From Bacteroidota bacterium (GTDB taxonomy: Bacteria; Bacteroidota; Ignavibacteria; Ignavibacteriales; Melioribacteraceae): DNA of 64,000 nt. Made by a program: the position numbers and the translations under genes. Where the stretch lies: assembly GCA_023453125.1 (NCBI GenBank), contig JAEXUB010000108.1:4694-68693 (forward strand), given 5' to 3'. Below the pieces are notes generated by a model. The model was given only the letters and a program-made list of their open reading frames with translations, made no database searches and was not told the origin of the DNA. Positions 17,489 through 25,712 of the stretch are shown one piece after another. How positions within the stretch are numbered: the stretch's first letter is position 1; each line of letters opens with the position of its first letter.

Positions 17489-18967
17489 TTAAAACGGATT
17501 TTCGGATGGATAGAGCATTCCTTTCGGCCTGTTGAAATAAACATCTTCAACACCGAGCATCCTGCTTGCAGCAAACAAATACTTGCCCGAATGTTTGAAT
17601 GCAATTGCCGTATGGTGCGGGAAGTGTTTTTCAATTAATACGTGCCGGTAGAAACGCCCCATTTCGTTAACAGCGAATACCCCAATAGAGCCGAATGATT
17701 TGGGATTAACATTAAGCACTTCGCCGTTTGCCACATAGGCAAGAATTTTTGCGTCGGCATTGGACTGCATTCTGAAAATTGAAATCGGGCCCGATTTAAT
17801 CTGCCCTTCCAGAGTTCCCCTTGTAATATTCGGCTCCTGTCCCGGTTCCTGAAGACGGTGCATTATAAGCTGATACTGCATAATAGGATTGACGATGCAT
17901 GCCGATGATGTATTGCCGCAATGGAATCCCATAAATAAATCTTCAAGCTTATAATCCCCAATTATTTTCTTGCTTTCTTCATACATATCCTTAGGAACCG
18001 AATTGTTAATATCCAGGATAGCGGGGGGAAGTTCAGTAGCGCAGATTGCCATATATTCACTCAATGTCCCGTAAATATCGGTTTCGCAGGCAACAGGAAT
18101 ACCTTTGGCTGCAAGGCGTGAATTGAGAAAACAGGGTACGTGTCCGAAATATTTTTCAAAAGCAGGCCAGCATTTGTTTGCAAAAGCGGCATACTGCGAA
18201 GCACCAAGATTTGCATTCATAAATTTCTCAAGCGCAAGCTCATACTGAGCAAGCTTATTAAGAAGATCGGGATAAGTATTCCCCTTTCCCAGTTCAGCGG
18301 CCATTTCCTTTGCAATTTCTTTAACCTGCGGATTATCCTTCTCGGACTGGACAATATCATAAAGATCCAGCTCGCTGTTCTCCATTATTTCAACACCGAG
18401 ATCGTAAAGAGGCTGGATAGGGGCATTGCATGCAAGAAAATCGAACGGACGCGGCCCGAATGAAAAGATTTTAAGATTGCGCACGCCGAGAACAATTCTG
18501 GAAATTACGATAAACTCTTCTATAAGCTTTACAGAATCCTCTGCATCCGCAACGGGATACTCCGGAATATAAGGATTAAGCCTGCGCATTCCGAAATTAT
18601 AGGAGGCATTCAGCATACCGCAATATGCATCTCCTCTCCCATTAATCAAATCTTTGCCCGAATCTTCGGCAGCCGCGAGAAGCATTACCGGTCCCCCGAA
18701 CAGTTTTGCCAGTTTGGATGTAGGGCCTTCCGGTCCGAAATTCCCCAGATAGATTACAAGGGCATTAATCCCTTTACTCTTAATCTCATCCAGAGCCGGG
18801 GCAATATCATATTCGTTTTCAATTATTTTTTCAATTTCAATAACCGTAACATTTTTCTTGCCGCATTCGGCAATAACTTTTTCTCTTCTCCTGCGCGACA
18901 GATCAATAGGGAAACAATCGCGGCTGACGGCAATTACGCCCATTTTAATTTTTGGAATATTCTGCAT
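17489..18967 (-). CDS. FucI-like sugar isomerase (L-fucose/L-arabinose isomerase superfamily); candidate non-canonical L-arabinose isomerase
   Basis: 492 aa counted from ATG 18967 (MQNIPKIKMGVIAVSRDCFP...). It lacks the canonical AraA N-terminal WFVxGSQxLYG block and resembles short FucI-family proteins. It sits immediately downstream of araB-araD, with a 1-nt gap to the araD stop. Confidence 0.65.
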   Translation of the reverse strand: MQNIPKIKMGVIAVSRDCFPIDLSRRRREKVIAECGKKNVTVIEIEKIIENEYDIAPALDEIKSKGINALVIYLGNFGPEGPTSKLAKLFGGPVMLLAAAEDSGKDLINGRGDAYCGMLNASYNFGMRRLNPYIPEYPVADAEDSVKLIEEFIVISRIVLGVRNLKIFSFGPRPFDFLACNAPIQPLYDLGVEIMENSELDLYDIVQSEKDNPQVKEIAKEMAAELGKGNTYPDLLNKLAQYELALEKFMNANLGASQYAAFANKCWPAFEKYFGHVPCFLNSRLAAKGIPVACETDIYGTLSEYMAICATELPPAILDINNSVPKDMYEESKKIIGDYKLEDLFMGFHCGNTSSACIVNPIMQYQLIMHRLQEPGQEPNITRGTLEGQIKSGPISIFRMQSNADAKILAYVANGEVLNVNPKSFGSIGVFAVNEMGRFYRHVLIEKHFPHHTAIAFKHSGKYLFAASRMLGVEDVYFNRPKGMLYPSENPF

Positions 18968-18968
18968 T

Positions 18969-19673
18969 TCAATTCTCCTTGTTATATTTCTGGCCGTAGT
19001 ATGCATTAGGCCCGTGTTTTCTGTTAAAATGTTTTTGAGCTATATAGTCATTTAATTCTTTTAGTTCCGGATTAAGCTGAACAGAAAGCAGAGCCATTAA
19101 GGCAGTCTGTTCCAGAATCTGGCTATTATTTACTGAATCCAGCGCATTTTTGCCCCAGGTAAATGGAGCATGCCCGGCAACCAGAACGGCAGGCGTGTGA
19201 ACCGGATTGAGGTCCCGGAATCTTTCAACAATAATTTTTCCGGTATTTTTTTCATAATTTATTTCGCATTCATCTTTTGAAAGGAATCGGGTAACTGGAA
19301 CCGGACCGTGAAAATGATCGGCATGCGTTGTCCCGAAACAGGGAATTTCCATGCAGGCCTGAGCATATACAGTTGCATATGTACTATGAGTATGCGAAAT
19401 ACCGCCGATCTCCGGAAAGGCTTTATATAGTTCAATGTGTGTCGGAGTATCTGAAGAAGGGCGCTTATTGCCGTGCACTACATTCCCTTCAAGGTCAACA
19501 ACTACAATATCCTCAGCGGTCAATTCAGTATATACAATACCGCTTGGCTTAATTGCAATTAAACCTTCGGCGCGGCTTATTCCGCTTACATTTCCCCACG
19601 TCTGAATAACAAGCCCCGATCTAACAAGCTTTAAATTAGCAGCAAATACTTCTTTAATAAGATCTTCCATCAT
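18969..19673 (-). CDS. araD: L-ribulose-5-phosphate 4-epimerase
   Basis: Near-collinear similarity to E. coli AraD as I recall it: TWGNVSG, IKPSG, PSSDTPTH, GGISHTHS, GTTHADHF. Confidence 0.95.
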   Translation of the reverse strand: MMEDLIKEVFAANLKLVRSGLVIQTWGNVSGISRAEGLIAIKPSGIVYTELTAEDIVVVDLEGNVVHGNKRPSSDTPTHIELYKAFPEIGGISHTHSTYATVYAQACMEIPCFGTTHADHFHGPVPVTRFLSKDECEINYEKNTGKIIVERFRDLNPVHTPAVLVAGHAPFTWGKNALDSVNNSQILEQTALMALLSVQLNPELKELNDYIAQKHFNRKHGPNAYYGQKYNKEN

Positions 19674-21373
19674 TGTTTTTCCCTCCTCACTTTGTCCCTT
19701 ATGTCCAGGAGTTCTTTCATAACATTATACATCGAAGAGTTGTCCTGCTTTAATCCAAAGGAATCGTGAATCTGCCTGTAAAGGCGGTATAGTTCTTTAT
19801 ACACTTTAGTCCTTGCCTCATCGGGAAAATATGTTTTGCTGATGGAGGTCATCTTCTCCCTGGCTTCAAGAACCGAATCATATCCTCCTTTGGCCGACCC
19901 TGCAGCGACAGAGCCGAATATGGAAGCTCCGAGGGCAGGAGTCTGTTCGCTCTTTGAGATTTTCATCGGGCGCCCTGTAACATCGGCATAGATTTGCATC
20001 ATTAGGCTGTTCTTAATGGCAAGCCCGCCGCAGTTTACTACCTCCTTAATCTCAACTCCGTATTCTTCAATACGGTCAATTATGGCAAGGGCGCCAAATG
20101 CAGTTGCTTCAATTAATGCCCGGTATATTTCACGCGGAGTTGTATGGAGTGTCTGCCCGAGAATCAATCCGGTTAAACGTACATCAACAAGAATTGTCCT
20201 GTTGCCGTTATTCCAGTCGAGCGCCAGAAGCCCCGATTCACCCGGAAATAAACTGGCGGCTTCCTCTTCGAGGTTCTTGAATTTCTCTGCTTGAGTTAAA
20301 CCATACTTTTCAGGAACCAGATTATTAACAAACCAGAGGAAGATATCGCCTACAGCCGATTGTCCGGCTTCAATCCCAAAATAACCATTCATTACTGAAC
20401 CGTCCACAATACCGCAGACTCCCGGTATATCCTTTAACTGTTTCCTGTCTGACGAAACCATTATGTCGCAAGTGCTGGTTCCTACAATTTTTACAAGAGT
20501 ACCCTCATCAATACCGGCGCCAACCGCTCCCATATGGGCATCGAATGCTCCGACTGCAACTGCAACATCCCCATTAAGCCCCAGTTTCTTTCCCCATTCC
20601 CCGCATAAAGTACCTATTGATTCTTCGGCAGAATAGGCATCGTTAAAGAGCCTTGTTCTCAAACTACCAAGTCCTTTTGAAAGGGAATCGAGAAATTCGC
20701 TGTCGGGCAGCCCATTCCACTGCTTACTGAACATTGCTTTATGCCCGGCAGCGCAAATGCTCCTTTTTATTTTGGACACATCATTTATGCCGGCAAGTAC
20801 CGAAGGTATCCAGTCGCATATTTCAACAAAAGAATATGCATTTTCGTAAACATCATTATCAATTTTTTTAAGGCGTAAAATCTTGCTCCAGAACCATTCC
20901 GATGAATAAGTTCCTCCAATTTTCGCAAGATACTGGGGACGTATACGTGCGGCTGTTTCAGTAACAGCAGCCGCTTCGGCAAATGAGGTGTGATCTTTCC
21001 AAAGCCAAACCATTGCATTCGGATTGTTTCTGTATTTTTCCCTGAAGCAGAGAGGTTTATTATGTCTGTCAACCGGCATTGGACTGCTACCGGTGGTATC
21101 CACTCCAATCCCGATTACATTATCGGGATTGAAAGAGGGGTCTGCTTTCTTTGCTTTAATGATTGCATCGTTAACCGTTACCTCAATACCAATAAGATAA
21201 TCGGCAGGATTCTGGCGTGCGAGATTCGGATCTGCAGAATCAATTATTACCCCCTCAAATCCGGAAGGATAATTAAACACACTTCCCGCAAGTTCCCTGC
21301 CGTCTTTACAGCTTACAATTAAGGCGCGGCAGGAGTTTGTACCGAAATCAAGGCCAATAACATATTTCTCCAT
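19670..21373 (-). CDS. araB: Ribulokinase (FGGY family)
   Basis: GLDFGTNSCRALIV, NPNAMVWLWKDHT, GGTYSSEWFWSKIL and EICDWIPSVLAG match AraB blocks. I place the start at Met14 (21373), which avoids overlapping the symporter gene. There is an ATGA overlap with araD. Confidence 0.93.
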   Translation of the reverse strand: MEKYVIGLDFGTNSCRALIVSCKDGRELAGSVFNYPSGFEGVIIDSADPNLARQNPADYLIGIEVTVNDAIIKAKKADPSFNPDNVIGIGVDTTGSSPMPVDRHNKPLCFREKYRNNPNAMVWLWKDHTSFAEAAAVTETAARIRPQYLAKIGGTYSSEWFWSKILRLKKIDNDVYENAYSFVEICDWIPSVLAGINDVSKIKRSICAAGHKAMFSKQWNGLPDSEFLDSLSKGLGSLRTRLFNDAYSAEESIGTLCGEWGKKLGLNGDVAVAVGAFDAHMGAVGAGIDEGTLVKIVGTSTCDIMVSSDRKQLKDIPGVCGIVDGSVMNGYFGIEAGQSAVGDIFLWFVNNLVPEKYGLTQAEKFKNLEEEAASLFPGESGLLALDWNNGNRTILVDVRLTGLILGQTLHTTPREIYRALIEATAFGALAIIDRIEEYGVEIKEVVNCGGLAIKNSLMMQIYADVTGRPMKISKSEQTPALGASIFGSVAAGSAKGGYDSVLEAREKMTSISKTYFPDEARTKVYKELYRLYRQIHDSFGLKQDNSSMYNVMKELLDIRDKVRREKQ

Positions 21374-21386
21374 TAGTCGCGCCCCC

Positions 21387-23141
21387 TTATCCGGTAAAGT
21401 AGACATATGCAATTAGAATTAATACAACAACTATTACTGAAGTAATCACGTCTATTTTATTCCAGCTTGCACGGGATTCTTTTTTATGCTCCTCGGTTAC
21501 TGTACCGTATGTAAGGCCGCTTATCTGCTCATACGAAGGAGCTTCGGTTGCATAGCTTACACCAACCATAACTGCAGCGCATACTATAAGGATTAGAATA
21601 CTGTAATACTGGAAAAAGATATTATTTACAATCCAGAAGAAAGAACCTTCGGCATATTTAAAGCCGCTAATTAATTTAACAGGCGTATCAACAGCCAGGC
21701 GGAATAAGCCAAGAGCAAATCCAACAATAAGAGCGGACAGGCATCCTTTTGCGTTTAATCTTTTATTGAACACACCAAAGAAGAAGACTACGAAAATCGG
21801 CGGAGCAAGATATGCCTGAATTCCCTGCAGATAATCATATAATCCCCTTCCCCCCTGTATAACGGGAATCCATAGAAGACCGATTATAACCATTACGAAT
21901 GTTGCAACTCTTCCCATCCATACTAGCTTTTCCTGTGTGACATTCTTCTTGATTCTTGAGTAGAAATCTATTGTAAATAGTGTTGCGCAGGCATTGAATA
22001 CTCCTGCCAGCGAGCTCATTAAAGCAGCCAGGAGTCCTGCAACTACCATTCCCCTTACTCCTGCAGGAAGTACATTTGCAACCATCAGCGGGAATGCCTG
22101 CTGCGCGTTTTCCCTGATTATATTCCCGTCAGGACCTATAAGCTGATTCTGAAGAGCCGGTACGGTACCGCTCTTTGCAATTGCAAAACAGATTATACCA
22201 GGAATAATAAAAATGAAAACCGGAAGAAGTTTGAAGAAAGATGCAGCAATTGATCCTCTTCTGGCTTCTCTTTCATTAGGCGCAGAGAGCACTCTTTGAA
22301 CTATATACTGGTCGGTACACCAGTACCAGAGCCCAATTATAGGAGCGCAAAAAAGCATCCCTATCCAGGGATAATTATCGTTAAAATACCAGGCCATTCT
22401 TCCTGCTTCTTTAACAGGGGCCCAGGTGCTTTCAACTCCTGCAGGTACAAGAGGCTTCCACAAATTAAACATTTCTGTGCCTACAATTGCCTTTAATTGA
22501 TCCCATCCACCTAGTGCCTGGAGTCCGAAAATGGTTACTAGTGCAGAACCGATTATAAGAATAATTGTCTGGAGGGCTTCTGTATATGCTACGGCTTTCA
22601 TACCTCCCAATATTGTATATAAACCGGTAATTAGGATTACTAAAATAGACCCTACCCAGAAGCTGTCCATTCCCATAAAATTTATTTCCGGAAGCAGCAC
22701 CGCAAAAACTACACCGCCTGCAAAAATGCCGACTGCAATTTTTGTAAGCACATATGCAATAAGGGAAATGAGTGAAAGCACAGTCCGCGATGCGGGGGAA
22801 AACCTTTTTTCAAGAAATTCAGGCATTGTAAAAACTTTCGATCTCATATAGAAAGGAACGAGGACCCATCCGAGAATAAGAAGACACCAGGCGTGCAGCT
22901 CATAATGCGCCATTGCAACGCCGTCTGTAGCCCCGGATCCTGCGAGCCCGACAAGATGTTCCGAGCCAATATTGGATGCAAAGATTGACGCGCCGACAAT
23001 GAACCATCCAAGATGCCTTCCCGCCAGAAAGTAATCATCCGATGTCTTTTTTTGTTTCCTGATTACCCACCACGCTAACCCGGCGATGATCAGAAAGTAA
23101 ATAAATATAATAAACCAGTCTAATGTTGTTAAAACACTCAT
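21387..23141 (-). CDS. Sodium:solute symporter (SSS/SGLT family), likely sugar (arabinose) uptake
   Basis: 584-aa polytopic membrane protein with the SSS-type N-terminus (DYFLAGRHLGWF..., GSEHLVGLAGSG). It lies inside the arabinose operon. Confidence 0.85.
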   Translation of the reverse strand: MSVLTTLDWFIIFIYFLIIAGLAWWVIRKQKKTSDDYFLAGRHLGWFIVGASIFASNIGSEHLVGLAGSGATDGVAMAHYELHAWCLLILGWVLVPFYMRSKVFTMPEFLEKRFSPASRTVLSLISLIAYVLTKIAVGIFAGGVVFAVLLPEINFMGMDSFWVGSILVILITGLYTILGGMKAVAYTEALQTIILIIGSALVTIFGLQALGGWDQLKAIVGTEMFNLWKPLVPAGVESTWAPVKEAGRMAWYFNDNYPWIGMLFCAPIIGLWYWCTDQYIVQRVLSAPNEREARRGSIAASFFKLLPVFIFIIPGIICFAIAKSGTVPALQNQLIGPDGNIIRENAQQAFPLMVANVLPAGVRGMVVAGLLAALMSSLAGVFNACATLFTIDFYSRIKKNVTQEKLVWMGRVATFVMVIIGLLWIPVIQGGRGLYDYLQGIQAYLAPPIFVVFFFGVFNKRLNAKGCLSALIVGFALGLFRLAVDTPVKLISGFKYAEGSFFWIVNNIFFQYYSILILIVCAAVMVGVSYATEAPSYEQISGLTYGTVTEEHKKESRASWNKIDVITSVIVVVLILIAYVYFTG

Positions 23142-23167
23142 TTTTCCCTCAGTAAATTTTTGTTCAA

Positions 23168-24304
23168 TTACTTAATTGAGAATTTGTAAATAGTTGTATG
23201 CTTATAGGTATCCCCCGGATTCAGCCTCACGGAGGGGAATTCAGGTTTGTTTGGAGAATCGGGAAAATGCTGAGTCTCAAGACAGAAGCCGGTGCGGTGC
23301 TGGTACGGCTTGCCATTTTTTCCGGAACCCGTTCCGTCAAGAAAATTTCCTGCATAGAACTGAATACCCGGCTGATCGGTTAATACTTCCATAAATCTTC
23401 CGCTTACCGGCTCATATGCTGTTGCGGCAAGCTTTACTGTTTTATCCCAGTTTCTCAAAACCCAGTTATGGTCATATCCTTTTCCAAACTTAAGCTGTTC
23501 AAAATCCTTATCAATACCGGCACCTATTTTAACCGGTTTGCGGAAATCCATCGGAGTATTTTCCACATTCTCCAGTTTGCCTGTTGTTATAAGCCCTGCG
23601 TCAACAGGAGTATATTGGTCAGCATTCAGCATCAGCTCATGATCAAGAATTTTGTTTTCTGTATTCCCTGTCAGGTTAAAATAGGAATGATGGGTCGGAT
23701 TGAATACTGTCGGCTTATCTGTTGTAGCGCTGTATTCAATTTTAAGTTCGTTGTTGTTTGTAAGAGTATAAACAACTTCAAGCTTTACATTACCCGGATA
23801 CCCTTCTTCTCCATCCCTGCTTAAATAAGTAAGCTTTAATGAAGGGCCGTTTTCTGTTTCTAGAGGTTCTGCATTCCACATTACTTTATTATAACCGATA
23901 TTGCCCCCGTGCAGATGGTTTTCGCCGTTGTTTACAGCAAGTTTGTATTCAGTTCCGTCAATTGAGAATTTTCCTTTTCCAATTCTGTTTCCATAGCGCC
24001 CTACAATTGCTCCGAAGTAGCTGGTTCCTTTGGAATAATCCTGCGGGTTGTCGTATCCGAGAACAATATCTTCAAATTTTCCGTTTTTATCCGGAATCAT
24101 AAGAGAAACAACAGTTGCACCGTAATTAGTAATTTTGGCAGATGCCCCCGTTTTGTTTGTGAGGATGTAAAGACCGGCTTCGGTGCCCTCCTCCAATTTC
24201 CCGAAAGATGATTTTTCTATCATTGATTTCTCCTTGTTATTCGACTGGCAGGCAGCTAAAAGAAAAATAAAAAGCAGGCAAAGCATTAGGTTTAATGTTC
24301 TCAT
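23168..24304 (-). CDS. galM: Aldose 1-epimerase (mutarotase), lipoprotein-type signal
   Basis: Blocks GRYGNRI, NHLHGG and THHSYFNL. The signal peptide has an LLAAC lipobox. Confidence 0.88.
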   Translation of the reverse strand: MRTLNLMLCLLFIFLLAACQSNNKEKSMIEKSSFGKLEEGTEAGLYILTNKTGASAKITNYGATVVSLMIPDKNGKFEDIVLGYDNPQDYSKGTSYFGAIVGRYGNRIGKGKFSIDGTEYKLAVNNGENHLHGGNIGYNKVMWNAEPLETENGPSLKLTYLSRDGEEGYPGNVKLEVVYTLTNNNELKIEYSATTDKPTVFNPTHHSYFNLTGNTENKILDHELMLNADQYTPVDAGLITTGKLENVENTPMDFRKPVKIGAGIDKDFEQLKFGKGYDHNWVLRNWDKTVKLAATAYEPVSGRFMEVLTDQPGIQFYAGNFLDGTGSGKNGKPYQHRTGFCLETQHFPDSPNKPEFPSVRLNPGDTYKHTTIYKFSIK

Positions 24305-24443
24305 TTTTCCACTCCTTGATTTTGGTACTACATATTACGTGAAAGGGAGCCATAAAAAAAAGCCCATTTACGCCAATTATTAACCAGTTTGCGCAAAAGG
24401 ACTTTAATTTCGGACAATAAAACGGTTTTTAATTAAAATGACT

Positions 24444-25589
24444 TCAACACTTGCGGCAGAGTTTCCTGAAGTCCCGCAGTGCTACTCCTTTTTCTTTTTT
24501 AAAGTAGCGGGCTATGTGTTCAACATCGGTAAAATTGAACATTGAGGTAATTTCTGATATGGAGAGATTTGTTTCAATGAGCATTCGCGTTATGAGTTCG
24601 GTTCTCGTCTTTCTTATTTCTTCCTGAATAGAGCGGTGAATTAGTTTGCGGAAGCGGGACTCGAGACTGCGTCTGCTAAGGCAAGTCTGCTTAACAACAT
24701 CATCAACTTTAATCTTGTTCCTGGCATTTTCCCTTATGAATCTGATAGCCTGCGATACCGCCTCGTCTTCAACAAAAAGAATATCGGTAGACTGCCTTCT
24801 GACAATATGCGTAGGGGTTACAACAATCTCCTGCCCCGCCATATTTCCACCGTTCATAAGCTTGTCCAGAAGTTCCGCAATGGCATATCCGGCATATTCG
24901 GTATTAAGCGCAATGCTGGTAAGAGGGGGATCACAAAAACCGCAGATTATCGGATCGTTATCAACCCCCACAACAGCTACTTCCCCCGGCACATTAATGC
25001 CTGCTGATTTACAAGCTTCAAGTATCTGCTGTCCCCTGTCGTCGTTACAGGCAAGAATTCCCACCGGTTTTGGAAGCTTTAACAGCCATTTTTGAAGCTG
25101 CGACTGTTCCTTATCCCACGAAAGCTTTCTCTTTCCCTGCTCATAAACTTTAACATTATATCCGGCTTCTGCAAGATAGTTCTTAAAATGTTCTTCCCTT
25201 CCGAGCGACCATTCAAGATTATCGAATCCGCAATATGCAAAATTTTTCATACCTCTGTTAAGCAAATGTTCCGAAGCCAGCTTCGCAATAGCCGCGCTGT
25301 CAGTTGTAACTACAGGGAGATGTTTTAACCTTCTTGTTTCATGAAGGCATAAAATTGTAGGGAGCTTCAAATTGAGAAGGTCGTTCGAGATTACGGAATT
25401 GCGCATAATAATACCGTCCGCATTCCAGTTCTTTATCCTGGGAATGGAAGACTTAAGTGCGCGGGGCTCAAGATAAAACGACCAGGGGCCGTGCAGCTTG
25501 GCATAACGGGCTATTCCATTGAGCAATTCCCTTCCGAATTCCCTCGATGTTTCAATAAGCAGTATTATTTTTTTTAAGTTACCCGACAT
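24444..25589 (-). CDS. XylR-type regulator (periplasmic-binding-protein-like sugar sensor + AraC-family HTH)
   Basis: The N-terminal half is LacI/PBP-like (KKIILLIETSREFGRELLNGI..., GILACNDDRGQQILEA). The C-terminus is an AraC-type HTH. I place the start at Met47 (25589). The longer ORF would overlap the divergent gene. Confidence 0.8.
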   Translation of the reverse strand: MSGNLKKIILLIETSREFGRELLNGIARYAKLHGPWSFYLEPRALKSSIPRIKNWNADGIIMRNSVISNDLLNLKLPTILCLHETRRLKHLPVVTTDSAAIAKLASEHLLNRGMKNFAYCGFDNLEWSLGREEHFKNYLAEAGYNVKVYEQGKRKLSWDKEQSQLQKWLLKLPKPVGILACNDDRGQQILEACKSAGINVPGEVAVVGVDNDPIICGFCDPPLTSIALNTEYAGYAIAELLDKLMNGGNMAGQEIVVTPTHIVRRQSTDILFVEDEAVSQAIRFIRENARNKIKVDDVVKQTCLSRRSLESRFRKLIHRSIQEEIRKTRTELITRMLIETNLSISEITSMFNFTDVEHIARYFKKEKGVALRDFRKLCRKC

Positions 25590-25712
25590 ACCAATATTTT
25601 TTATCAACAGGGATAAAATAGAAAATATTCTCTTTTTAATTAACCAAATTTTTATCAAGTTAGTAAAAATCCATATGTAAATTATTGCGCTAAATTTTTT
25701 CGGGGGACAATA

